This document shows, one piece after another, positions 13,941 through 25,299 of a stretch of DNA of 64,000 nucleotides (position 1 is the stretch's first letter; every line of letters starts with the position of its first letter). The translations under genes and the position numbers were made by a program. The notes below the pieces were generated by a model. It did no database searches and was not told the DNA's origin. It worked only from the letters and a program-made list of their open reading frames with translations. The DNA comes from Utricularia gibba (taxonomy: Eukaryota; Plantae; Magnoliophyta): positions 2,790,001 through 2,854,000 of the forward strand of contig NEEC01000007.1 in NCBI GenBank assembly GCA_002189035.1, given 5' to 3'.

Positions 13941-16900
13941 ATGGCGTCTGAGAAAAAGAGAAACGGCGAGAAGGATACGGGTATTTTTATGAAGGAAGTC
14001 ACCGGGGAGTTTGGATATGTTCTTCAGGATGTCCTCATTTCACCGATTACATCGATAATCTTACTGTACGTTCTGGGATCAACCGATCATCTTTCTTCTG
14101 ATATTATGTTTTTGGTGTGTAGAGTGTTGTGGTCCTGATCCTTATGACACGATTGGATAATGAATTTGCGGAATATTTTTCCATGTTTTTACATCCTGGT
14201 TTTTCTTCCTGTTTTGGCAGACGTATCCAAATCCTATTCGCTCGAACCCTGCATATTCCGTTGTCCAGTGAGTTGTTTGTCCCTTTCCTTTTCTTTTTGA
14301 TGTTCTCTTCCTTGTATGAATCATTCAAAGGTCTCTTTTTGTTTAGGCAGTACTTCGTGGAGATGGATGATACAATCCCCCTAAAGGTGTTTTCTGATAC
14401 CCTTTCGTCTACATTTTTCTGTCGGCATTGAGGCTTTGAAACCCTTATTTGTGACAAAATTAACAGTTATCAGCATGTGTCGTCGCGCCTTCTAATGAAC
14501 TTAAAGGTTTCATTTTTTGGCTTCTGGTTTTACAGATTGTAGTTCACAAGGATACACCCAGAGGAGTACATTTTCGGCGGGCTGGTCCTCGTCAAAAGGT
14601 GCACATACTAGTTTTTTGTTACTTGAGCAATGTTAAAGCTGCCGTGGCTGACTTCGCGTATTTTGAGCAGGTCTACTTTGCTCCAGATGATGTCGTTGCT
14701 TGCATTGTGACATGTGGTGGCCTCTGCCCTGGCTTAAACACTGTGATCAGAGAGATCGTGTATAGTCTTGATTATATGTATGGGGTCAAGAGAGTCCTTG
14801 GTATTGATGTAAGTTCACACTAAATGCTTTCTCGCCTCAAGTTTAAGTTCGCGTGACGATATTTATTTATGAGTATTCTCTGGTATACAATGTCTGTCTT
14901 CCAGATTGATCCATCACTAAATATCTGAGCAATGGTTTTTTGTTGCGTTGCTTCCTACTGATGTTTATGTTTACGCGAACAATGAGTGTCTAGAAAGAAA
15001 TTTTTTAACCTTAAAGAGTTCAATGTAGGATACCTTTCCGGAAGTTTTCATGACTCCATCTGAGATGATGGAATCTCAAAGATTTGAGCCTTTGCCGGTA
15101 TTAGAACCAGAATTTTAACAAAAAAAGTCTTGTGGTTTTTTTGAATTGTTTTTTCATTGACGCGTAATGTTTCATCTTTTGTGACATTCTTTTCATGCAA
15201 ACTACCTTTTTTTAGGGAGGCTACCGGGGTTTTTATGCAAAGAATACGATTGAATTGACCCCAAAACTTGTGAATGATATACATAAGCGTGGTGGGACAA
15301 TACTGGGAACATCTCGAGGTGGGCATGATACCAAAAAGATTGCTAACAGCATTCAAGACCGTGGAATCAATCAGGTACATGTTCATTATTGTAAATTCCT
15401 GAGCAATTTGATCTTTTTGAACTGTCTCCCTCTTGCATACACCATTTTTTTTCTGTTGACCTGGCTTCTAAGAAATCTCTGATTGGCACTGATTACTGGA
15501 GCTGTGGTTTCAGGTATATATTATTGGAGGAGATGGCACTCAAAAAGGAGCTGCTGCAATCTATGAGGTCTGAGAATTTGGAGTGTCGTCACTTGCTGAA
15601 TTCTATATTTACCTGAGTTCCCTTGAAGAGTTCTTTGAAATTTATTGTTTTCCAAACCTGCTATATGATGTTCTCTGGATTTAATAATCTCTTGTTTCCT
15701 CTTGCATTGAAATTGCTTTGTCTGCTATCACTATATGAATGCATCTGAAAGGACGTTTCCTAATTGTAGTTCTATGCTTGAAATGATGTGTGCTGATATG
15801 GGGCTTTCCCATGCTATCTTTAAAATTATCTGGTTAGCTGTGATGATTGTTCCTGCTAATTTTAGTACGCTGAGAAATAAGAATTGCTTTCATTTTGATC
15901 TTCAGGAAATCAGGAAGCGGGGTCTGAAGGTTGCTGTTGTAGGCATTCCCAAGACAATTGACAATGACATTCCGGTATTCACCACCTTTCCTTTCCTTTA
16001 ACTTCCTGAAATAGTCATGGTATCACGGTATGGTCTTTTTTTTCCTTAAATTGAAACCACTTGTGGTTGGTTCTGATGCGCAGATTATTGATAAGTCATT
16101 TGGTTTTGACACTGCGGTTGAGGAAGCGCAACGTGCCATCAATGCCGCACACGTTGAAGCTCAAAGTGCAGAAAATGGCCTTGGTTTGGTGAAGCTGATG
16201 GGTCGCTACAGTGGTAAGTGAATGCACTTTGTATCTACAAAATTGTGTGGGTGGGTACATCGCTTCTGTGACTGAGTCATCCTTTTTTATCTGTAGTTTC
16301 CAAAATATTGAGTGTGAGTAGTAATTCATACTCCAGAGCTGTAATGCATTTACAGTTCAAGCATTGCTCCTTGTTTGACTATAACTCCACAATGAAGCTT
16401 TATCCCTGCAGGCTTCATTGCCATGTACGCCACACTGGCTAGCCGAGACGTGGACTGTTGCTTAATTCCTGAGTCACCATTCTACCTCGAAGGGAAGGGT
16501 GGACTCTTCGAATATATAGAGAAGAAGATGAAAGAAAATGGGCATATGGTCATTGTTGTTGCTGAAGGAGCAGGACAGGAGCTACTAGCAGAAAAATCTG
16601 AAAAAGATGCTTCAGGGAACAAGCTACTTCAGGATGTCGGGCTATGGCTTTCCCAGCAAATTAAGGTATTGCACAGCATACGTTTGTTAATCAGTCTTCA
16701 CATTTTGCGAACGCTCAACAATTTTATCTTCCTCTTCCACAGGAACATTTTGCGAAGACAAACAAAATGCCTTTAACTCTCAAGTACATAGGTAAGCATG
16801 CCTGCCTAAGTGCATCTCCTTGTCTTTCAACCTAAATTTTGAGCAGCCAAACGATTCTTTAACCTGCAGACCCAACTTACATGATCCGAGCTATTCCCAG

Positions 16901-17297
16901 CAACGCATCCGACAACGTGTACTGCACACTGCTTGCTCAAAGCGCTGTCCATGGTGCAATGGCTGGTTTCACTGGATTCACATCCGGCCTAGTGCACGGA
17001 CGCCAATCATACATACCCTTCAACGTGAGAATCCAAAATTCTGATGCCTTTTCCCATATGATCTAACCAGGACCTCTGTGGACTTACTGAACCATTTTCG
17101 TGCAGCGTATCAACGAGCATCGAAACAGCGTCGTGATAACGGACAGGATGTGGGCGAGGCTGCTGTCTTCCACCAATCAACCGAGCTTCCTATCACCGCG
17201 AGGCCGTGAAGAAGCCAACGGCCCGATCCCCACTTCAAATGAAACCAGCGAGGAGGTGCCTGATCTTGACTTATCACACAAGTTCAACTACGCATAA
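13941..17297 (+). CDS. PFK: ATP-dependent 6-phosphofructokinase (PFK3/PFK6 group), 13 exons; 1-nt deficit in exon 1 as assembled
   Basis: Exons encode [108 protein letters not shown]; all introns GT-AG. Exon 1 (13941-14065, 125 nt) is 1 nt short of phase. Confidence 0.95.
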
Positions 17298-17724
17298 CAT
17301 AAGACGGAGGTATGTGCAATAACAATAGCCAATAAGACAGGCGTGCCCCCCTGCCTACGATCTCATGTTTACTGCCATGGATTCATTCCTTTGACTGCGG
17401 CCTAGAGGCACTTATTTTTCCTCTACCCTTTTGTGATCCCATTTGTGTTGTGATGATGCAATTGCAAACACCGTCAGTATGTAATCCTTTTAACTTATTT
17501 GTTGCTCGCACACCTTTGTGTAAATAAATCCTGGCCTTTCTTAAGGAGGAGAAACAGAGACAAGCACCATCATCGGATAAAGGTATTCAACCAGTTCAAT
17601 ACAAGAGAATGCCTCCAATTTTATACGGTACAAACTTTTGTAAAAACAGAAATAGATACCGAGAAGTTTGCAACTTAAGCATCAGCTCAAAGGAAAAGGG
17701 GTGCTCGCTGCAAAATAAGTGAAG

Positions 17725-18955
17725 CTAGTTTGACCTTGGTGCAGCCCACTCGACTCTGAGAATGAGATTGTCGTAACCGTATCCGTTGAGTTTGTTGATG
17801 GCTCTCTCCCCATCCTCCTTGTTGCGGAAGTCGACGAACCCGAAGCCTCTGCTCGACTCCGTCTTGTGATCCCAGACCACACGAGCCCTCACCATCGAAC
17901 CAAAAGGGCGGAAGAGCTCCTCCAGGTCAGGATCCCTTGTGTCTTCAGAAAGGTTGGTGACCCTAACTGTGTATTTGTCATCAAGCCTCCGTCTCATGTC
18001 GGCACCAGGCCTTTCAATGTTACCTCCTCTTAGATTGGGGGGGACATAAGCTCCGTCCTTGGTGGGAACGCCTGTCACAGTTGTGTCTGTAGGTGGCTTA
18101 TCGATGAAGCCATCGGTGGGTTGAGTTAGGTCCTTGTAAGGGCATCGTGAGGTCCAGTGATCACCCTTCTTTCCACATGTTCTGCATACCATAAGCACAG
18201 CGCCAGCCTTGGACAACTGGGCCAAGGCATCCCAGTAGCTGGAGTCTCCTCTTGTTTAGTACCTGAGTTGTGGGTTGGAAAACACCAAGAAAAACTAAGA
18301 ACAAGGCTTCATAACCCATAAAAGGATGCAAAGAGATCAAAATGACTAGGGAATTCCACGCATTCAAGATCGAATAAAATGGAATCGCCCCCAGACCACA
18401 ACCACTTGTTCAACGGAAATCGTGATTAGAAGATGGAAAACCTACACACGACGCTGCAGGAATCAAATAGGAGTGAACAATCACAGGAAAAGCCGCTAAT
18501 TAGTTCTATTATCCGACGTCAAGATTGACTATTGATTGCCCTAGACCCCCAAAATGGCAAAATAATTGTTCAACGGAAATCGTGGAACACAAGATGGGAA
18601 TGGGTGTAATACCAGGAGCCCGGGGGCGTTCGAGAAGAATTTCCTCAGTGGAGACCATAGTCAGGCGACTCCCAACTTCTTCGCGCACAGCATCCCCGAA
18701 TTTCGACCAGGAGCGGCGTTCGATGGCCCGTTTGCTGAGCCGAGCGTTGGCCAACTTCCGGATACGCGTCGTGGTGGTGATCTTCACCTTGTTTCCCTCA
18801 TCGTTAAACTTGTACTCAATAACCTTCTTGATTCCGTTGTCGTCGGGCCCGATTACCTGCTTCGGCGGCAAAAGGAAATCCAAATCCTCCGTGTCGTCCT
18901 CCTCCAATTCTCCCCATCGCAGCTTGCTCGGTGGCGCCGCCCCTTCTACCGCCAT
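17725..18955 (-). CDS. eIF3g: Eukaryotic translation initiation factor 3 subunit G, 2 exons (18955-18613, 18262-17725); 1-nt deficit near 18232
   Basis: KLRWGELEED, KKVIEYKFNDEG, ERRSWSKFGDA, zinc knuckle CRTCGKKGDHWTSRCPYKD, RRM VRVTNLSEDT...RGFGFV...LNGYGYDNLILRVEWA. Confidence 0.95.
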
Positions 18956-19020
18956 ATTCACCTCCCCTTCCCAAACAAGATCGCGAATGCAAGTGTGAGG
19001 AGGGAGCGCTTCCCCAACGA

Positions 19021-19157
19021 AAACCCTAATTCACAATAAATACCTCAAACAGAATTCCGCTTTCCTTTTACTGGGTCTAAAGCCCAATCAATAAACACCA
19101 CCCGACCGTCATCAACCTTTAAGCCCGCCCGGCAGGCCCAAAAACCCATACTGGGCC
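19021..19157 (-). promoter_or_regulatory. Telo-box plus site II elements upstream of eIF3g
   Basis: AAACCCTAA at 19021-19029; AGCCCA 19081, GGCCCA 19135, TGGGCC 19152. This pairing is typical of plant translation-machinery promoters. Confidence 0.7.
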
Positions 19158-20229
19158 GGGCCTATCCCTCTTTAATTTCCATTCGTCTTCGATGATATAT
19201 TAAAAATATATAATTATTAAAAGAGAATCGCAATGGTTGGTGCACGTGAAATTGATGGTGACATGGCGACCAATGGGAGCCCCCGCTTCCCGATATGCTA
19301 AATATCCACCTGTCAATTGTTATTGATGTTGACGTAATCGTGATTAGCATGTCCAATTAGGGGCTTAATCCCATGAAAACAGACTGCTGATGCCAAATGT
19401 CAGTCATTATCCCCCAAACTCGTGACTCGACCGATTCATTAAACACCCTGCAAATAGAAGACTACGTTTATAAAAGCCTACATTTTCAAACTCTCTCTTA
19501 CACACTCAGTCAAAAAATTTTAATAGAAAATGATCATTTGTTTCACACACTTGATTAAGGATGGCCGAATTTGTAATATGCATCATTGATAAAATGTGTA
19601 AGAAAATTTTTGTTGAATGTGTTAGAGAGAATAGAATTATGACCATTTTTGTAAATCACCCTTCAAATCCTTCCATTGAGGGAAATGTGGAATTGGATTG
19701 ACATGGATTAAATGATAATCCTTTTAAAATAGGAAAAAAAAATGAATGAATCAAAATTTGATGTTTATTTTTAAAGGAAAATATAAAAAAATGTTTTTTA
19801 AAAGAGGAATTAACTCCTAATTTCTTTTAAGGGATTAAATGCTAGGAATAAAAGAGGAAATAGCATCAATTAGTCAGTCACGCCTTTGATGCTACCTACC
19901 TACGCAACAAGGGAGGGAATGGGGAAGTCAAGGCGCGTGCTTTGGGGTGGACCCACATCTTAACCCTCTCTAATTCATAAAATTTAATTATCTCAAGTTA
20001 AACAAACATTTTCTCCTCTTTTCGTTATTTATTTATTGGTGTGTTTGACTTTGGGGTAAAGCTGCTGCATTCGATTACTTATTTTTAACATTCATATGGG
20101 TAATACATAACTAAGTCACGCACTTTAAAATATTTTGAAAACTACTTTTGTATTCAATAATTAATTATATTATTTCCAAAAAATAATAAATTTAGAAGGG
20201 TTTTTACAGTCTTTTTAGAATCACTAAAT

Positions 20230-20990
20230 CGAGAGGAGAGCGTAACTTCGAGTGGGGGTGCTGCTGCTGCTGCTCACCCTAATAATAATAGGGGCATAAT
20301 TAATTTCTTTGGGGGTGGGGGAGGGGGGCCGGGGGGCGAGGGGGCTGTTCCCCAAGGTGGTTGCAGTTGCAGGGCGGGGAGGTAGCAGACTAAGAGACAA
20401 AAGAGAGGGAATGAATGGATAAGGGTGAAGGGGGCGGCTTCTTCTTCTTCTTCTTCTTCTTCTTCTACTTGTGCATATCCAAAACTCCTCCCGCGTGAGG
20501 ATGCCAGCCGTACACGTGTACCCTTGGGGAGGGGGACCACCTATCACGTGATCCACCCGCCACGTGGCGATGCCGTACGCATTTTCAATTTATTCAAGGT
20601 AAATGCGTGGGACCCACTCCCCTCAGCCTTTTTTTTTCTCCTTTTCCCTTCTCTCTCTCGCATTCTTTTTTGAAATTCCACTGGAATTCCGAAAAACCCC
20701 TCGTGGGGTCACTGTCCGCCCCCTCGTAAAAAGGAAGCACATACATACGCATTGGTGGGTAGTCTGGTCTTTTTGTTCATTGAATCCCACCACCCAATTC
20801 AATTCCAGTATGCTTTAATGCATTGGGTTGCGATGAAGTTATGACAGATTCCACCCACTTGAACCCCGGCCCGGCGTCAGTCAGTTCTCGCCGGCCGCAT
20901 CAATTCCCAGTCCAATAATTTTAGCCCTACCGAGGGGCTCCTCCTCCCTCAACTGGTGCCTGCCTGCAAAAACAAAACACCCATCTTCCA
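20230..20990. promoter_or_regulatory. GC-rich non-coding island with three palindromic G-boxes and a G-quadruplex-forming tract (candidate distal regulatory element)
   Basis: CACGTG at 20513, 20545 and 20561; G-tracts at 20311-20344; no credible coding exon; about 2.4 kb upstream of the TZF gene. Confidence 0.45.
20438..20466. repeat. (CTT)9 microsatellite
   Basis: Nine perfect CTT units read directly. Confidence 0.95.
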
Positions 20991-21199
20991 GTTCCATCAT
21001 TGTGTGTGTTTGAAAAATGATCTTTAGGAGTCTAATTTTACAAAGTGAATCGTCAAATTGTAGTTGATTTGGACACCTAACCTCATAGTTTTACTTTCAT
21101 GATTTCATAGAAAAAGATCTAATACATGATTAAGAGAATTCATACATTTAATCATACCCTATTTTCATCCATAATCAATATGAGATATTATTAGAGTAT

Positions 21200-21310
21200 T
21201 CTAAACAGATAATATTGTACAAGATGAATGTGAATTATGACATTTGATAGCAGAGTTAAACCTAAGTTCGTGTCAATAGTGGAATGAGATGTGACATTTG
21301 GTATCAGAGG
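21200..21310 (+). mobile_element. LTR 3' end plus primer-binding site relic (TRIM or LTR retroelement fragment)
   Basis: ...GATGTGACA-TT-TGGTATCAGAG (tRNA-iMet PBS at 21299-21309), with a degenerate copy ATGACATTTGATAGCAGAG about 55 bp upstream. No pol sequence nearby. Confidence 0.4.
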
Positions 21311-22562
21311 TAAACATCATTAGGTAGATGGATTCACATGAAAACTTTTTCCTAAAATGAGATAACATAAAATCATAAGGATTGAATGATCGAAATAGAT
21401 AATATCGTGAAAGACAAGTATGACTGACTACTAATTTCACATTATTCTTTTGATGTTGTGTTGGGAGGGTTTCTTGCTCCATGCTCGAGTGTTAAGAGTC
21501 TTATGGTCACTATTGACTGGTCCACCCTCATCAACACAAGCAAGCTTGGCCACGCACAAAACACATCTCACCGTAAAAGTGAAAGCGGAGAGGGTAAATC
21601 CTTCTGGGTCACTCCTGTCGTACACCTACAGTCAAAAATCCAGGACGAGATGGATAATGCCCCAGCTTACTACTCTTGGAGAATATTTTACTAATTCCTG
21701 CATGAATGAATAATACCCTAATGAATTTTAACTATATTCAAATTAATCAAAGATTTTTGTATCCTAATCTAAAGAATCATTTGGTAGCATATGTAACAAT
21801 GCTTTATGTTAAATAAAATGGGTTTTTCAAGTAGTGATATTAATTACCAAGGTTAAATATTACTGTGATTTTCAACTATCTATTATAAATATAAACGTAA
21901 ATATAAAATTTTATGTCAAATGTATGATAAATGATAGTTTTTTTCGAATTTATGTAGAAATTAATATGACTCATTTTAATTGCATGCGTTTTGATGAGAA
22001 TTGAACCAACGGTGAACTTGATGGCTCATAAAATCGTCTGTTGGTGCAGCAGACGACCATGGGACACGTCGAAAATAAGACACCGCCGTTGAATTACTTT
22101 ATTGTTTCATTTTATTATAAATAATAACGACCACTGTTACCACAACGAAAAAAAATCAACCTCGATTTTCGATGACGTCATTCCACGTACGGATACAAAA
22201 TAAAAAAAATCTATTCCAGTGTAGTAATTCAATGTGAATAGGGTTCGGTCACTGGAGGGAGGGATCGCATCGCAGTCTTTAGGTTAACGTGCAGGGCCAC
22301 GGCGGCGCACGCATAGAATACGCCGCCGGAAGCGGAATTCTGCTGCACGGGAGAAGAGAAAGGAACTTGTCCGATCGCCCGCCATTGGATCACCAGATTC
22401 CTTACTAATGCCTCTGTGTTTGATCGATTTTGATCAAATAGAATTTGAGTTTTTGCATTTTCGATTTTGTAATGTTTTTTTTTTTTTTTGGAATCGAAAA
22501 TTATTGCAAACACGTTCTAGTAGTGATGAATCCTAATGGACCCTCCAAAGGAAAGATGCTTT

Positions 22563-22603
22563 TTTAGGGTTTAGGGGTTTGAGGGGGGTTTTAGGGTTTA
22601 GGG
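22563..22603 (+). repeat. Short interstitial telomere-like tract (degenerate TTTAGGG x5)
   Basis: TTTAGGG TTTAGGGG TTTGAGGGGGG TTTTAGGG TTTAGGG. Confidence 0.75.
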
Positions 22604-23406
22604 TTTTGTGTTGGTTGGTTAGGGGTAGAAGTTGAGGGTTGATGGGAACCAACCAACAACATTATGGAGGCCTACTTGTTCTTATTTATTCGTTCAGCTC
22701 ATCCCTATTCTACTACATTCATTGTGTGAGCTGCGTGGTCGCTTCGGGTTGGGGCATCCGTGTCCGTGTCTCGCCACATCGTATAAATGTCACGTTATTA
22801 TGCGTTCGGACGCGCGGACACCGCGTCCAATATTGCACACTATGTTCTCTATGTCTCCTCCTTTCACCTCTTACATTCAAACGCTTCCAAGTTGTAGGAA
22901 ATCACCATCAAGCTACCCCCATTAGCAATTGTATGTCGATATTATTCGAATTTATACTCATAAGTTTTATTTGGAATAATTTTGCTTCTAAAAAAAAATA
23001 AAAGTGATTTTCATTTTTAAGAAGTTAAAATTGCATATTCTAATTTTTCGTAATTATTATTCAAAAAATAATTGAAAAGAATTAAAAAGGGTGTTGACGG
23101 TAAAAAAATGGGGTAAAAACCGAGTGGGTAAAAAGGAGAGGAGAGAAAGGAGGTTGATTTGTGCGGATAAGTAACCAAAATTAGATGATTTGAAGTAAAT
23201 GTGAAGGTAAAGTTTTAGGTATTTGCCATTATTATTATTATTATATACCTGCCTGTAACTGGGTGTACAGGGATGCATTAACCATGGTTAGGTTAAAGGG
23301 GTCTGACCCTGGTTAAGCGAACAGTTTATAATTCCACCTTCCCCTTACAAATCTGCGGAGATCATGACGCCCATTTCCCACACTTGAGACACCGGGCAAG
23401 AAGAGC

Positions 23407-24482
23407 ATGAAGATGATGACCGGGAATCACCCTCTGCCGTCGAGTCTCTATGTGGAGGATCCGACGGCCCTGATTCACTCCCCCGTTTCTCGGACCTTTT
23501 CCTCCGGTAGCCACAGCCCCGACGGTGGTAACTATGAGCGAGCCCTCCTCGCGCTGCAGCGCTTTCTGCCCTCCAACGCTGCGGAAGACGTGTACGGCGA
23601 CGGGGAGGATTTTGATGTTCCGTTGGATGCTTTTTCGTGCGACGATTTTCGGATGTTTGAGTTCAAGGTGAGGAACTGCGCTCTGGCGAGGTCCCATGAC
23701 TGGACGACGTGTCCCTTCGCGCACCCCGGCGAGAAGGCGCGTCGTAGGGATCCCAGGAAGTATCACTATTCCGGCAGCGCGTGTCCCGATTTCCGTAAAG
23801 GCGGTTGCCGGAAGGGGGACGGTTGCGAGTACGCGCACGGCGTGTTCGAGTGCTGGCTGCATCCCGCGCGTTACCGCACGCAGCCTTGCAAGGATGGGAC
23901 CCACTGCCGACGGCGCGTGTGCTTCTTCGCCCACACGCAGGAGCAGCTCCGCGTGCTTCCGTACTCCTCCGCGCCTAGTCCCGAAGCGTCCCCGGGTCGG
24001 TTCGGGCATGATCTGTTCTTCTCGGCCCTGTACTCTCCTCCCCCATCGCCGCCCACGCCCTGCTCGCCGCCGGTTTCGCCCACGAATCTCACTTCCGTGA
24101 GTCAACTCGCCGGATCCATGCGGTGCCTTCAGATCAACAGAATGAAACTGAACCTAGGGCTGAGTGGAAGCAGCCCACCCGCCTGGGGCCTCGGATACGC
24201 CTCCCCTCCGATTCGGCCCGGATTCCTCAGCCTCCCCACCACTCCGATTCGCGGCAGGAAAGGTCATCAAAGCCCGACGAAACTCGCCACCTTGGATTCA
24301 TGGGCGGCGGCCCCGCCGTCGGAGGAGGAACCAGCGGTGGAAAGGGTAGAATCCGGGAGAGAACTCCGTGAGAAAATCTACGCCAAGCTTGGGAAAGAGA
24401 ACTCCCTGGAACGAACGGGTCGGGACGACCCGAACGGAGGATTCGTTCAGGATCTCGGGTGGGTCGGGAACTCCTGAATTAA
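23407..24482 (+). CDS. Arginine-rich tandem CCCH zinc finger protein (RR-TZF, TZF1/C3H20-like), intronless
   Basis: [99 protein letters not shown]. The ORF as assembled stops at 24477; adding one G at 24466-24468 gives DLGWVGELLN* ending at 24482. Confidence 0.93.
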
Positions 24483-25299
24483 AAAAAAAAAAAGAAAGAA
24501 AAAAATATTTTTCGATGGCGATGTGTAGTGGGGGCAGCAACAGCAGCATTTTTCTTTGTGAATACGCGGGTTTGACTCATGACTACTTTGCCCCACTTCG
24601 GGTCACCGTCCGGCCTAACGGGTCGGGCATCCGAATTGACGGAAACCCTATGTCCATTATTTATGGTTTGTTTGTTTTTTTCTTTTTTAATGATTGTAAG
24701 CCATTTTGTACATTAAGAATTATCGAGTGGCAGTCGTTTTTATTAGATAAACACCAAATGAGTCATGAGTGATGCCCCCACTACTACGCACTATTATTAT
24801 TTGGTAACGAAGTCCAAATAATATTATGATGGTGGGCGTATTTTATTAATTTCTTTTTTAGGACTTGGTTTGCGTTTGTTGATATTCCTGAACAGCGTGA
24901 CAACTGATGACGTGGACATGTGGTTGTGGTACTACTAATTTGGTGTCTATTCTTATCCAAAACTGCCAAGGATATGTATTTGGAATCAACTGCTTTTTAT
25001 CTCTTAGCAGAGGCAAGCAAAAAAAGGCTTTGAATTTGCTTGTTCTCCTGCCGGGTACAAACACCAACAGCTTGTCGTGAACTCTGAACCTGCTTCTGAT
25101 GGATCAGAAGCAGCGGGGGAGGGGGGCGTGCTGCCCGTTTCCCTTGTCATTCATCTGCGATGCCCAAAATCCTGTAGGGAGGAGGATAACCTTCGTGGGA
25201 TGGCAAACTGGGGTGTGAATGAACCAGCACGCCCAAGAAGCTCGCATTTGCGTTGCAGGGCTGAGCACACAAGCTCGTTACTAGCTTCAGAGTTTTGGA

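Noticed and set aside
18525-19039. Two roughly 157-aa + strand ORFs
   Set aside because: Antisense shadows of eIF3g exon 1.
20224-20673. Poly-Arg, poly-Glu and poly-Ser ORFs
   Set aside because: Produced by the (CTT)n microsatellite and G-runs; no domain content.
21437-21713. Overlapping 60-90 aa ORFs, briefly considered a LINE RT fragment (GVRQ..DP)
   Set aside because: Similarity is limited to a few residues and needs a frameshift; no supporting motifs.
22261-22270. GGGATCGCAT matching part of miR393
   Set aside because: Only about half of the mature sequence matches and there is no convincing precursor hairpin.
22771-22790. TCGCCACATCG plus TATAAA as a Pol III/telomerase RNA promoter
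   Set aside because: TATA is directly adjacent instead of about 25-35 bp away, and no template sequence follows on that strand.
23362-24105. 247-aa and 134-aa antisense ORFs over TZF
   Set aside because: Shadow ORFs of a GC-rich intronless CDS with no recognisable motifs.
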